From positions 124,001 through 188,000 of the forward strand of contig JAIVFI010000038.1 in NCBI GenBank assembly GCA_025558095.1: a stretch of 64,000 nucleotides of DNA, read 5' to 3'. The notes under the pieces were generated by a model, which was not told the origin of the DNA, ran no database searches, and saw only the letters and a program-made list of their open reading frames with translations. Position 1 is the stretch's first letter, and each line of letters begins with the position of its first letter. Of the stretch, positions 34,301-46,500 are shown piece after piece. The DNA comes from Hyaloraphidium curvatum SAG 235-1 (Eukaryota > Fungi > Monoblepharomycota). The position numbers and the translations under genes were made by a program.

Positions 34301-36280
34301 CCTACACGGTCCGCCCCAAGCCCAAGAACGTCGACGCCGACATGGTCTCGTGGATCAACACTCACTATCCCGGGAACGTCTGCGGTATCATCTACTGCAC
34401 GAGCCAGCGGGCGTGCGACGAGGTCAGCGACCGGCTCAAGGTGGAGCTCGCATGCAGTCCGCCCTTTCGTCTGCTGACCAGCGTTCGGTACAGAACAAAT
34501 ACGGCCTCAAGACGAGCTCGTACCACGCCGGCATGGACAAGAAGGACAGGTCTCGCATCCAGGAGGAGTGGATCAAGGGCGTTTTCAACATCATCGTCGC
34601 AACCGTCGCTTTCGGAATGGGTTCGTTTGCATTCGGCCAATGTGTCGCCGAGCTCACCATCCCTTGTCCCAGGAATCGACAAGCCCGATGTCCGATTCAT
34701 CATCCACTACTCGCTCCCGCAGTCTATGGAAGGCTACTACCAGGAGACCGGGCGCGCGGGTCGAGATGGGAAGGAATCCAAGTGCATCCTGTTCTACTCG
34801 TTCAAGGACAAGGGCACTGTGCGTGCGGGCATTCGGCTGTCCTCTTTTGTTGCTCAGACTGGCCCCACAGATCGAGTTCCTCATCGACAAGGGGCAGGGC
34901 AACGCGGACCAGAAGGAACGACAACGGACCGCCCTTCGGCGGGTGCTCGGTTACTGCGAGAACCGCACCGACTGCCGCAAGGTCGAGCTGCTGCGCTACT
35001 TCAACGAAACCAACAAGCGGCCCGAGGATGTCTGCCGCGGCCGCTGCGACAACTGCCTCGTGAACCAGGAGCTGGGTCCCCCCGAGGTGCTGGACCTGAC
35101 CGAGGCGGCGAGGACCCTCATCCAGCTCGGTGCGTCCTTCGCGGCGCACGTTCGCATTCCGTGCTCACTGTGGGCTCCCTGCAGTGGACACGGTCGGCCA
35201 CCGCAAGGTGACGGCGGTTCAGTGCGTCGACATCTGGCGCGGCGCCAAGGCGGCGCGGATCGACGGCATCCCCGGCTTCGGCGCCGGCAAGGACTTTTCC
35301 AAGACGGACGCCGAGCGCATCATTCACCAGCTCATCATCGAGGACCTGGTGGGGGAGTCGGTGGAGAAGAACACGCACCAGTTCATCACGAGCTACGTCA
35401 AGGTGCGTTGTGTTGCGGGGCTCGAAGCCGGCGTGTGCTGCGGGGCTCGAAGCCGGCGTGTGCTCATCGTCCCGCCGCTGCAGCCGACCAACGCCGGCAT
35501 GCGCTTCCTCAACAATCCCCGAGCCGAGTTCAAGATGGGCATGAACCGGCCGCGGGCAAAGCGGCAGCCCGCGGACGGCGACGGCAAAAAGGGCGCGGGC
35601 AAGGCCGCCAAGGCGCCGGCCAAGCGGAAGCGGTCGGACCCCGGGCCGGAGGACGAGACGGACGAGGAGCCGACGCAGCGGATCAGGGTCAGCGACGAGA
35701 TCGCGAAGCGGTGCTTCGACGAGATGAGGGCGCTGCGGACCTCCGTGGGTATTGATCGCTTGGACGGCATTTGCTATTTCTGATCACGGCCGTGCAGATC
35801 TGCCAGCAGCAGAAGCTGCAGAACAAGACCGTCTTCACGGACATGCAGCTCAGGGAGATTGTGGGCCTTGAACTTGCAATTCAAAGCTCCTGCTGACGGC
35901 ATACTCCTCGCAGGCGAAGCTCCTCCCTGCCAACGACTCGGAATTCCGCAAGCTCTCGTGGCTCAAGGACGTCCAGCACCAGAAGTTCGGCATGCCCTTC
36001 CTCGCGATCGCGCAAAAGTACCGCCGCGAGCAGGAGGCCGAGAACGAGGATCGGGAGAGGGGAAGCAAGCCGGCCAAGCGGCTGTCGAAGTTGGTGTCTT
36101 TTGGCAGCGGGGTTCTGATGGTGGGAATGCTGACGGTTCCGCCGCAGCGGCAAGGCCCAGAAGGACCGCGCCTCGCTCGACGACTTCCGCTACGGCTCGA
36201 AAAAGGACTCGAACTCCAAGAGGGATTCCGGCGGCAGGGGCGACGACGGCATCATGGGCATGCCGGCCGTCCGACGCTAG
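31320..36280 (+). CDS. SGS1: RecQ family DNA helicase SGS1/BLM
   Basis: [64 protein letters not shown] and [15 protein letters not shown] Zn site (CRK..CDNC), winged helix and HRDC, with a long disordered N-terminus. More than 12 introns. Predicted stop TAG at 36278-36280. Confidence 0.95.
35414..35463. repeat. Perfect 2 x 25-bp tandem duplication inside an SGS1 intron
   Basis: TGCGGGGCTCGAAGCCGGCGTGTGC occurs twice in tandem. Confidence 0.9.
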
Positions 36281-36338
36281 CACGCTCCCGCTATGGCTCT
36301 GATCTGACTCGTGGTCATTACACCTCTGGCTCTGCACA

Positions 36339-36851
36339 TCACCCCGCTTCGCCCCGCGTCAGTCCCAAGCCCGCGTCCTGGATGATGTGTTCCACCCGCG
36401 ATATCTCGAGCTCCTGCCTCAGGTCCGCGAGGAAGGCCGCGGGGTCCTGCTCGGCGGTTGTGGCGCCTCCGGAGTTGGCGGAGGATCGTGTGGAGCGCAC
36501 CGAGGCTGCGGTGCTCGTCCCGGAAACGCTCCCCGGGGGTTTCGACGCCACCGACGCCGGAGACGGCGGGGTCGTCTGAGCACGAGTCTGAGGGCGGGGC
36601 TCGTCCTGCGGAGGCGCGGCCGTCTCGCCGTCGTGGCCGTAGCCGTACTGCCCCGTCCCCGCCTTCTTGGACGCCCGGGATCGGTGGTGCAGGAGGATTG
36701 CCAGGGCGGCGAGGACGACGAGGGCCAGGGCGACGACGCCGACGGTGACGGTGATGGCGAGGCTCGCGGCGTCCGAGGGCGAAGGGGTTGTGGTGGGGTA
36801 GGTGATCGTTGCCGTCTGGGGCCTGGACGAGGACGAGGATGGAGAGGCCAT
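36339..36851 (-). CDS. Small single-pass membrane protein, unknown function
   Basis: Ser/Thr-rich N-terminus, hydrophobic helix LAITVTVGVVALALVVLAALAILL, then a basic stop-transfer segment. Confidence 0.65.
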   Translation of the reverse strand: MASPSSSSSRPQTATITYPTTTPSPSDAASLAITVTVGVVALALVVLAALAILLHHRSRASKKAGTGQYGYGHDGETAAPPQDEPRPQTRAQTTPPSPASVASKPPGSVSGTSTAASVRSTRSSANSGGATTAEQDPAAFLADLRQELEISRVEHIIQDAGLGLTRGEAG

Positions 36852-37170
36852 TCTTTGGGAGCAGAGATGAACGTGGCGCTGGTTGAGCGGGGGAGATGCT
36901 GGACTCGGGCGACAGATAACGCCTCACGCGGCGGTGGGGGCGGCAGGTCGCACCAGGCCCGCGGCGGCAGGATGCCGCGCTCCGGAAACCCCTGTTCCTG
37001 GGCGTGCTGTTAACGACCATGCTGCCGGGCTCTCCGAATGCGCGAATGCAATGTTCGCTGAGCTGTCCAGCGCGAGGCTTCCGGGACCGCTGCGGCGAGC
37101 GCCCTTGCCACGCACAACTCTCTAGCCGCGCCCTCCGTGTTATGCGCCGCCGAGGGCGCCGACGAAGATA

Positions 37171-38975
37171 ATGAAACGCACCGGGCCGCAGTCGGCGGCG
37201 CGGTGGACGCTGAGCCTGCGGGCGCGGCGGCGGCTGTCCGCGCTGCTCGCGGCGGCCGCGCTGCTCGCGCTGGCGGCCGTCGCGTGGGCGACGAGCGGCG
37301 GCGGCGGCGAGTGCCCCGAGCTGCCCGCGGACGCCGGCGGGGACGACCTCGAAAGGCTGCGCACCGCCGACGTGCCCGAGCGCTGCCGCAGGAGGGCGCC
37401 GAGCCCCGGGTTTCTCTACTGGTTCACAAAGGTCGTGTCGTCGCCAGAGCACAGGCTGCGCGACCGCAGGAAGGCGGAGGCGGCGGGGGGCGGCAGTATG
37501 GACGGGCAGAGGGACGGTTCCGGGGCACCCGGGGAACTCGAACAGGAACGGGAGCGCGCTCCCGAGGCGCCCCCAGAGCCGCCGCCCGGCCCGCCGCCGG
37601 ACCCCCCGCCCGCGAAGCGGCGCGGCCCAGACCCGGAGGACATTTTGCGCCCCATCGTGGCCGAGCTGCGCGGGCGGCAGGAGCGTGACCTGCGCGCCGA
37701 CGAGCGCTACTTCCTCGAGACGCTGCCGGCGGACAGGAGGCGCTTCGACAGGGACATGGAGGAGTTTACCTACCGGAAGCGGAAGCACGACGCCGCCATG
37801 GAGGCGTGGCGGGAGAAGCAGAAAGCGGAGGGGCCCGAGGCCGCCGGCGCGCAGCCGCCGCGGCTGGACGTGGCCCCGCCCATGGCCCCGCTCTCCGTAA
37901 ACGACACCGTCGTCGGTGCGCTCCTGGAGCGCTTCAGGGACGTGGCTGCGGGGAAGTACCGCTTCGAGCCCGGGCACGCGATCGCCATCTTTGGCCTTCC
38001 GCGGAGCGGCTCCACCGTGCTCTTCAACATGGTCCGGCTGCTGGTGCGCGACGTGGATCCCAACGTCGTGTCGGGGTTCTCGGTACCGTTCGACAAGATC
38101 CTCGAGTGGAAGAAGGTCAGCGTGAGCGTGGTGACCAAGCTGCACGAGCTCGCCAAGCCCAAGAAGCTGGAGAGCGGCGAGGAGGACCTCGAGGGCTTTT
38201 ACCGGGAGCACGAGGTGCTGGACGGCGTCGTCTTTAGCCACCGGAATCCGGGCGGGCTGGTATGCAGCTGGTGCCACCTCCTAGGCGACGAAAAGTGCAG
38301 GCCGCCAAAGGACGAGGACGAAAAGAGCGCCAAGCTGTCCATCTTCAAGGCCAGCACGCGGCAAAAGTGCCGCAGGTGAGTTGCTCCATGACGGGCGCCC
38401 GGTTCCATGTCCTCACGCCGCGTTCGCAGGATCATGTCGATCCAGAACAACCTGTACCGCAACCTATACCCCCTCGTCCTCTACGACTTCAACTACGAGA
38501 CCGAGATCGCCGCCCGCCCCACCTCCCCAAACGGCACCGCCGTCTTCGACCCCGTCGGCAACGCCGACCACCGCCGCGTGCTCTCGACCCTGGCGCACCT
38601 GCGCCTGCTCCTGGGGCTCGACGACCGCGTGGACGACTGGACGCTGGTCAAGCTGGCGCGGGAGATGGTGATGATCCGGGCCGTGAGCATCCCCGTCAAG
38701 GGGAAGCACCCCGCGGACTGGGAGCATCCCACCACCCTCATGCACGTGGGTTCCCCGCGCCCGACCGCCCGGGATCAGGCTGACGTTCGTCTTCGGGCCT
38801 GCAGCACAACCACGTCTCGGCCTACGCGCCCGGGCAGGACCTCGCGGGCGTCTCCAACGCCCTGGTGCCGTCCAAGATCGCCAAGGAGGACTGCAAGGAG
38901 ATCGGGAAGGCGTTGACACTGGACCGCAACTGCAACATCTGGATGACGCGGAACGGGAGGTGGATCGGGGTCTGA
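37171..38975 (+). CDS. Type II membrane protein with a sulfotransferase-like P-loop domain
   Basis: RRR plus TM anchor, Pro-rich stem, then IAIFGLPRSGSTVLFNMVRLL (5'-PSB-like), VTKLH, FSHRNP, FNYE and HPTTLM-HNHV. Introns at about 38376-38429 and 38745-38804. Confidence 0.7.
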
Positions 38976-39022
38976 GTTCGCTCGGAAGGCTTTGTCGCGC
39001 ATGTACGGTGCGCATCTAATCT

Positions 39023-39607
39023 TCATCGGGATACCTGGTCTCCAGCGGTGCTCGCCGTTCCGCCCTCGAGCGACATGCGGAAGTAGATCGCGTCCAGCAT
39101 CGGAATCCCGTTCTCGTACACCTCCTCGCCCGGTTTCCACCCATACCGCTTGGGGAAAAAGTCCTGCTCGATGTGGTCCATCCGGAACCCCCTCCTGAGG
39201 TAGAAGCGGATGTTGTCGATGGCGCAGTCCGCCGTGCCGACCAGCAGCGCCTTCTTCCCCCTGCGTTTGGCCTCCTCCACGACGTGCCGGACCAGGGCGA
39301 CCCCCGCCCCTTTCCCCTGGTGCGCCTCCGCGACCGCGAGGTGCAAAAGCTCCGCTTCCCCGTCCGGCATGTCGAAATCGACCGTCGCGGCGCCGACCGT
39401 CTCCCCCGTGGCATCGCAGGCCGCAAACAGCCCGCCTTCCCGGACGCGTTCGGCGACGACGCGTTCGAGGACGTCGTCCTGTTCCTCGGTCAGGCGGAGG
39501 ATCGGGACGAGCGACGGGAGCGTGGAGAGGGCCACGGCGCGGACCGTGGTGCCGCTTCCAGGTGCTTGAAGTTGGGAGGAAGGGGTGGGAGGCGGTCGTT
39601 CTGCCAT
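39023..39607 (-). CDS. GNAT acetyltransferase, bacterial-like, intronless
   Basis: ELLHLAVAEAHQGKGAG (motif A) and LLVGTADCAIDNIRFYLRRGFRMDHIEQDFF..YENGIPMLD. Confidence 0.88.
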   Translation of the reverse strand: MAERPPPTPSSQLQAPGSGTTVRAVALSTLPSLVPILRLTEEQDDVLERVVAERVREGGLFAACDATGETVGAATVDFDMPDGEAELLHLAVAEAHQGKGAGVALVRHVVEEAKRRGKKALLVGTADCAIDNIRFYLRRGFRMDHIEQDFFPKRYGWKPGEEVYENGIPMLDAIYFRMSLEGGTASTAGDQVSR

Positions 39608-39716
39608 CCTCAGACCGGGAAGGAATGGGAGACTCTGGATCGTTGCTTCTGGGATGGATGACGTCGGATACCCGGCCCGAGGGAATCGCTATACTGGAAT
39701 CCAATTCCTGCACCTT

Positions 39717-40826
39717 CTACAAGATCTCCAGCTCCCGATCACCGAAGCCGAACCGGCCCTTGTTCCTCTCGAACACACCCCTGACCGCCTCCACGTATCT
39801 TCCGTGCCACAAGTCGATGTCCTCCACCGTCGGCTGCTCGATCGTCGGCAGCTTGAGCGGCGCTCCCCAGACGGTGTCCAGCGCCACCGGCAGCGGCACG
39901 AAGGGTGAAAAGAAGCCGAACACCAGGGGAACGATGATCTTGGTCCGGCGGAGGAGGTCCAGCCTGAACTTTGTCAAAAGAGGCTTCGGTGGGGTCCAAT
40001 AGGTATCGGATTCAGAGAAGGCATATCCCGGCACGATTGTGTACCCGTGTTGAAGTGAGTATTTGATGAAACCCTTCCGCTTCTTGAGGTAGATGCGCTC
40101 TCTGCCCTTAGTAAGGATGATGATCTCCTCCGATCCTCCCGGCAGGAGCCCGAACGGGACCCTTTCCCTCAGGAGCGCCTTGAAGCTCTCCCTCGCAGCC
40201 GGCCGAACGCACCCGAAAAGTTGGAGGAACGTCCGGATAAAGGGCAGATACCAGAGAAGGGGCTCGGCCACTCCTGTGGGCGTATAACCTTTCCCGCGCA
40301 GCATGCCGGGGACAAAGTCCTTCTCCGCGCCGGCAAAGAAGCGGGCGGCGCCGTTGAGCACGAAGGAGTAAGGAATCAGCCCATGGGGATGGAGCGCCCA
40401 CAGACTGCCGGGGCCTGCACCGCGTCGCGATGGTCAGCACGGAAAATCTTCATCGGCAATGAGGCACATACCTCCCAACGCCTCCTCCACCTCCTTCTCG
40501 ACGTGCATCGTGGCGTGGCGGAACCAGTGCGACATAAACAAGATCCATCTTGTGAACTTCGGCTCTTGATCGAAGTCAACGGCATACGACGCGACGACGC
40601 CGCCGAGGAGTGCTCCGAAGGCAAACTTCCAACGCAGCCAGAAGAATATGGCCAGCATCGGCGGGAAGAAGATCCCGCAAAACCACGTTGCCAGGAGGGT
40701 CAGGAGCGCGACCAGGCCGAGGAATCGGTCGCCCAGGGAGCCGGAGCCCTTGAGCGTCGAGGAGTAGAAGTCATCGGCGTCCGATTCGGCGGCTTTCGCG
40801 GACTGCGACCGCGTTTTCGGGGGCAT
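39717..40826 (-). CDS. Diacylglycerol/monoacylglycerol acyltransferase (DGAT2/DAGAT family)
   Basis: N-terminal TM hairpin, spliced LWALHPHGL, LLPGGSEE, RKGFIKYSLQHG, IVPGYAFSESD, PLP..VWGAP and HGRYVEAV. Confidence 0.9.
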
Positions 40827-41870
40827 TTTTTGTCGTTGCAATTGTGTGCGGTCTGCGCCGCGATCACCTGCTGCCGCCTGTCCACCTCACATCGATCGGC
40901 CGGCCACCACGTCTCACAACTCGTTTCGCCTGCTGTGATCCACGAGAACACGCCAATGCTCTTCTCTTCTTCTTCATCACCAGGGGCTTTGGCATTTTGA
41001 TGTTGTGGCGGGCGACGAGAGACAATCGGTACCGAGGCCGAGAAAAAGCGGACACCACCAATTTCGGGGATGGACAACTAGCGTCGTAGTGTGCCTCCAT
41101 AAGGTCTCCCACGAACAAAGCCAGACTCGGATTTGGTGCTGGGCCCTCGTTGAGGTCGGTGGCAAATTGGGTGGAAGATCCTCACTCGGGTTCCAGCAAC
41201 CGCTTTTCAGGGCGAAAGTCTCCTGACAAGCTTCTTCCATCGATTGCCGACTACTCTCATAGTCCCACCCAATCAATAGCTTGCTGCCTGCGGGTTGCGA
41301 GACTGCGATGTTCGTCGGAGACCCTGAACTTTGAGGCGGGACACGAGTTCCAGATCAGCAGATGTCGCACGTATTCGTCCGGAAACCCATCAAGGAAAGC
41401 TCGTGATGGGCACATGGGGCAGGGGAAACGCGTTGGCACTCCGTCGCTGCTAGTCTTGCAATGCGAGTGCGATCCAGGCTCGCGCTTCTCGATGGAAGCC
41501 TGACCGCCTTCGGGTCCTGCCGCCACCCGAGAGTGGGACACCCCTTGCTAATTCCGGGCCCGAGCGTCGGACTGGGCCGCGCAGCTTCCGCACGATTCCT
41601 TGCGGTTCCCCGGACTTGCCGGCGTGCCCCGGCGCGAGGCGTTCGACGGGGCGGGGATATCCTCCGCGCCAGCCGGCCCGCGCATCGCCGCACTCGTCGT
41701 CGCCACCATCACTGCTCGGCCACTCGGGCCGCGGGACCGCGTGTCGCCGACCGCGTACGCCCGACGATCGACGCCCAAGCGTATCGCGCGGGGCTTCTGG
41801 GCCGCGGCCGCCGCCGCTGAGCCGAGACCGCCGACCGCCCGTGACCGCCCGCCGACGCCCAGTCACGCCA

Positions 41871-43346
41871 ATGAGCGGCGACGGCGGGCCGCCCCCCGCC
41901 TCGCACACGTGGCCGCCGTACTTCCCGCCGCCCAACGGCGCGGAGCCGCCGGTGCCGCCCCCTTGGGACTATGGCCGCCCGTACTACCCGTACCCACAAC
42001 CCGGCTCACGCTCTTGGCCGGGCTACGGCCCGCCGCAGCAGCAGCCCTACCCCGTGCCCATAAAGACGGAGCCTGGCACGGGGCCGCAGGGAGATGGGGC
42101 CAACGGTTCGCCGGTGTCAAAGACACCGGCGGTGGGGCCGGAGCTCGCCACCGTGCTGGAGCAGTTTGCGCGCAATGATCCGAGCCCGTCAGTCACGACC
42201 ATTGCTCAGATGGCTGCGGATTTGAACGAGGACGAGGAGGTGGGTTCCGATTTTGGGCATCTCCGGAGGTCGCCGCGTGCCGGGTTTTGTTTGCAACGGG
42301 ACAGACCTCTCTTCGACGCGTCCTCGGCTCGTTATGGAGCTGCTACGTGTCGTGAAAAGAGAGCTGACCCCCTTTTTCTGGTTGTCGGCGTGGACTGCGT
42401 GGCGTTAGGAGACGATTGGCGTTACCTCGGGGACTGGCCGCGGCACCGTCACTCACCCTTCCTCGCACCGCAGAAAATCTCCGAATGGTTCGCGGCTCGC
42501 CAACGTGGTCGAAAGGAAGCTTTGCCGCCGACGGACGTCCCACTTCAACCCCCCCGATCGGACTATGCGGCCGCACCCGCTTCCGCGGGTCCGCCGCCGT
42601 TGTACCAACCCCAGGCACCGCAGCCGATTGGCCCGCCATCCTCCTCGTCGTATCCCCAGCCGTATCCTCCGCGACAGCCGCCACCTCTGCAACCCATGCA
42701 GCAGCCGCCGCATGCCCTTGCTCAGCAGCCGCCTCCAACCCAGCTCGTGAACCCGCCAATGCCCCCGAGCATGCCGCCAAGCATGCCTCCACCCGCTTCC
42801 ATATCGGCACCTATTCAGCGACAGGTATACAGCTTTTCCCCTTACGCGCCTTCGGCTCCTTCGATTCCCAACCCGTCCCAGCCGCCCATGGCGCTCCAGC
42901 AACCCCTCTACCATTCTCAATCGGCCCCCCTGCCCCAAATGACGCAATCCGCCCCCCTGCCGATCCAGACGGGCCGCCCGCAATCACCGGCCCAACCGCG
43001 CGGGCAGTTCCGGAGCCCGCCGGGCCCGCAGCGGCGGTCCAAGTTCCTGCGGGCGGCGGGCGTCGTCGTGGACCTGGAAAACATCCAGTTCGTGTCGCCG
43101 CTCAACGGGGTGCTCAAGGCAATGCGGGACAGGATATGGGAGCTGGAGGGGGAGAACGCGCGGTTGCTGGCGGAGAGGGAAATACTCGGGCGCCCCGGGG
43201 GATCGCCCGGGGGCATCCTGCAACCCGTGACAAAAGAGGAGGAGCTGGACACGCCGCAGCAGCAGCCGAGAATGCTGCCGCCGAGGGCAGCGAAGCGGAA
43301 TGCTCCCGAGGATGAGGACGAAGGGGAGGAGGGCGAGGACGAGTGA
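41871..43346 (+). CDS. Divergent homeodomain protein with a Pro/Gln-rich region and a C-terminal coiled coil
   Basis: After removing intron 42240-42473 the protein reads LATVLEQFARNDPSPSVTTIAQMAADLNEDEE-KISEWFAARQRGRK, which fits the helix 1-3 spacing and the WF motif. Confidence 0.7.
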   Translation: MSGDGGPPPASHTWPPYFPPPNGAEPPVPPPWDYGRPYYPYPQPGSRSWPGYGPPQQQPYPVPIKTEPGTGPQGDGANGSPVSKTPAVGPELATVLEQFARNDPSPSVTTIAQMAADLNEDEEVGSDFGHLRRSPRAGFCLQRDRPLFDASSARYGAATCREKRADPLFLVVGVDCVALGDDWRYLGDWPRHRHSPFLAPQKISEWFAARQRGRKEALPPTDVPLQPPRSDYAAAPASAGPPPLYQPQAPQPIGPPSSSSYPQPYPPRQPPPLQPMQQPPHALAQQPPPTQLVNPPMPPSMPPSMPPPASISAPIQRQVYSFSPYAPSAPSIPNPSQPPMALQQPLYHSQSAPLPQMTQSAPLPIQTGRPQSPAQPRGQFRSPPGPQRRSKFLRAAGVVVDLENIQFVSPLNGVLKAMRDRIWELEGENARLLAEREILGRPGGSPGGILQPVTKEEELDTPQQQPRMLPPRAAKRNAPEDEDEGEEGEDE

Positions 43347-43560
43347 CACGGCGATGTTGGAGTCGCTCTTTGCCAGCGTTCGCGCTCAGTCTTTGAGATT
43401 ACGGTGTAGCTATAGGCGCGGTGCGCGGCGGTAGACGGTCTTTCGGTGCACTTCTATACGATCGAATGCTTCCATGGCAATCAGTCGTCATCCATGTCCT
43501 GTTGCGCGCCGCCACGAGCGCCCCACGCTGTGTTGGGCGCAAGCCTGCAATGCGACGGCG

Positions 43561-46500
43561 TCAATCACGGAACTGGTGGCACTCGGGCGCACAAGAACCG
43601 TACCTCGGGGCCGGGGCCGAGGAAGAACCAAAGATGCTCGCCGCACTGTCGTCGCGAGGGACGGCGCCGAAACCTGCTGTGGATCCCGACGCCGTCGCGC
43701 CGAAGCCTCCGAAGCCGCCGCCGGTCCCCGCTGTGGAACCGAAGGTGGAAGTTGCCTGGCTGCCGAAGGCGCCGAAGCCCGTCGACGGTTTCCTGAGCAA
43801 GACCACGGTAAATCACCGCGATCCGGGATGTGGGGGGAATTCACTTACGCCGGGCTCGCACCAAATGCGGAAGCGCCTCCAAGCTGTGATGTCGCGCCGA
43901 AGCCTGCGCCGCCCAGCTGTGAAGTCGCGCCAAAACCGGATCCCGATCCCAGCTGCGATGGTGTGCCGAAGCCAGACTGGCCAAAGGCCGATTGCCCGAA
44001 AGCTGTCGGGCGGCCAAAGGATGACTGGCCGAAAGCGGACGTCTGGGCGGGTCTCGCCGCGGCCAAGGGCGAAGTCTGGCCGAAGGCCGAGGTGCTGCCA
44101 AAGGTCGATTGCGGCTGCGACGGGGTTCCGAATGCTGACGCCTGGCCGAATCCAGTGCTTTGCCCAAAGGCAGGTTTGCCTCCAAACGCCGACGGGGAGC
44201 TGGTCGCGCCGAACGCAGAAGGCGTGCCTCCGCTGCCGAAGGCCGACGGCGTCGCCGCACCGCCGAATGCTGAGGAAGTGCTGGTGGATCCAAAAGCGGA
44301 AGACTGCGCTGCTGCGCCGAATCCTGTCGTTCCGAAGCCAGTCGGCGTGCTGCCGCTCTGGCTTGTCGTGCCGAACCCACCAAGAGCCCCTGCCGAAAAG
44401 AGACCTCCGCCCGTCTGGGGTTTGGCCGCGCTCGCTTGGGCTGCGGGGGGTGGATGGCTTAGGTCGAGGTGCGAGGAGCGATCGAACGAAGGAAGCAAAC
44501 CTGGAGGTGTGGCAAACGACCCAAACATTGCGGAAACACCGCCCTGCTTGCTCGGCGTGCTTGAGCTGCCGCCCAGTCCGCCAAGCATCGACCCGAATCC
44601 GCTGAGGCCAGACACGGTCTGACCTGAGGAAGTGGTCGCTGGCGGCGGCGCCTCCTCCGCAGCTTCGTCCATCATTTCCTCCTCGGCCTGCTCCGGTTGC
44701 TGCAACGCAGCTGCTGGTTCCTGAATAGCAGGATTCTGCACTGCCGGTGTCGAAGGCACTGGAGCAGGTTGCGCGGTTGACGGCGGTGGGGGAGCAGGTG
44801 CGGGTTCCTGCGGTTCTGGGCCCTTTTCTTTCGAAGGTGGCTCCTTGGCGGCCTCCGGTTCTGGTTTCGCTGCAGGCTTCTCAGTATCCGAGGGCGCCTG
44901 TTGCACCGAAGCTTCTTCGGACTTCTTATCCTCGGACGATGCAGCTGGAGCGGGTTCATTGGAGTCGGCTGGTGCAGTTTTGGTTTCCGCTGGTGCAGGT
45001 GCCGGAGCTGGAGAGACGCCGAAAGTGAAACCGCCAGGTGGTTTGGCGGCCGACGAAGGAGTAGCCGACGCGGCTGCCGCCGCAGCTCCGAAACTGAAGG
45101 AAGGCTTCGAAGGCGTGGAAGAGGTCGAAGTGCCAAAGGTGAATCCGCCGGTTGAAGGTGCAACCGCGGTCTTCGCCGGCGCAGCGCCGGGTTTTGGAGT
45201 CTCGCATGAAGCACATTTTGCGTCCGCGTCCTTGTTGGAGACCATGCACGTGGGGCACTTCCAGGTGTCCTTTTCGGCCGTGGGCGCCTTCATGCCCGCT
45301 GCAGCCCAGTTGAAACCACCAGAAGATGCCGGAGGGCCTGCGGCAGACGCGGCTGCCTTGCCGGGTTTCGGCGCTTCGCAGGAAACGCATTTTTCGTCCG
45401 CATCCTTGTTCATGACCATGCACGTTGGGCACTTCCATTGCTCGGCACTTTCTCCCGGCGGCTTGACACCGGCGGCTGCCCAGTTGAAACCACCCGACAA
45501 CGCGGCGGCCGGCTTGGCGGCGGCCTCGGCTTCGCCAGGCTTGACTGCAGAACTGTCCGTTCCCGCCTTCGCGGCGGCGGGCCCCGGCCGCGGTGCTTCA
45601 CAAGCTGCGCACTTCGTGGCATCGGCCGCGTTCCGAACCATGCACGTGGTGCACTCCCATCCACCAGCCGGTGCGATCGGCTTCGCAATTCCAGCAGCTG
45701 CCCAATTGAAGCCTTGGGAAGGAGTGGACGCCGCAGCAGCCGCGTCCTTGGACTCCTTCCGTCCTGCGGCAGCGTCATCCTTGGGGGCCTCGGGTTTCGC
45801 CTCCTCCACTTTCGAGGGCTGCTGCGACTCCGGCGTCTTGGCTGGGACGGCACCAGCAAACGTGAATCCGCCAGGTTTCGCGGCCGCCGCCGCACCGCCG
45901 AAAGTGAAGCCTCCAACAGGCTTGGGCTCGGCGGCCGGCGTTGTCGAGCCCGCACCTTCCTCCTTCTGTGCTTTTGCGGCCGCGCCGAAACTGAACCCAC
46001 TGACCTGTGTCGCCGATCCAGCCGGTTTGCCCGCATCGTCAGCTTTGGAAGCAGTTTGCGAACCGCCAAAAACGAAACCAGAGGGAGCTTTCGACGGCGT
46101 CGCCTCTTTGCCCTTGTCCGTCGCACCAGCCGCGGTCGAGGTTGCAGCTGCGGCTGCGCCGAAAGAGAATCCGCCGGCAGGCTTAGGCGGGGGAGCGGAA
46201 GCGGTCGCTGCAGGCTTCTCCTCTTCCTGAGGTTTGGAGCTGACCTGCGCCGCCGCACCGAAAGAGAATCCGGAAGCGGGCTTGGAGAAGGTTGGCAACG
46301 CGGGCGCCGATGAAGTTGGCGTCGCGGGCCCAAAGGGCTTCGCACTCCCTGCCGCCGCTGCGAATCCAAATCCTGCAGCAGGCTTGGCGAAGGAGAATGC
46401 CGGCACGGCCTTCTTCGGATCCTCGGCCGGGGGCTCAGTCGGGGACTCGTCCTCGAGCCCCGCGCCCTCCCCGAAATCGCCTTCTTGGTACTCGTCCTCC

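Noticed and set aside
40977-41541. Minus-strand ORF with CPMC..YVRHL..C, resembling a zinc finger
   Set aside because: No convincing ATG or exon chain, and it lies in the divergent promoter region of DGAT2 and the homeobox gene.
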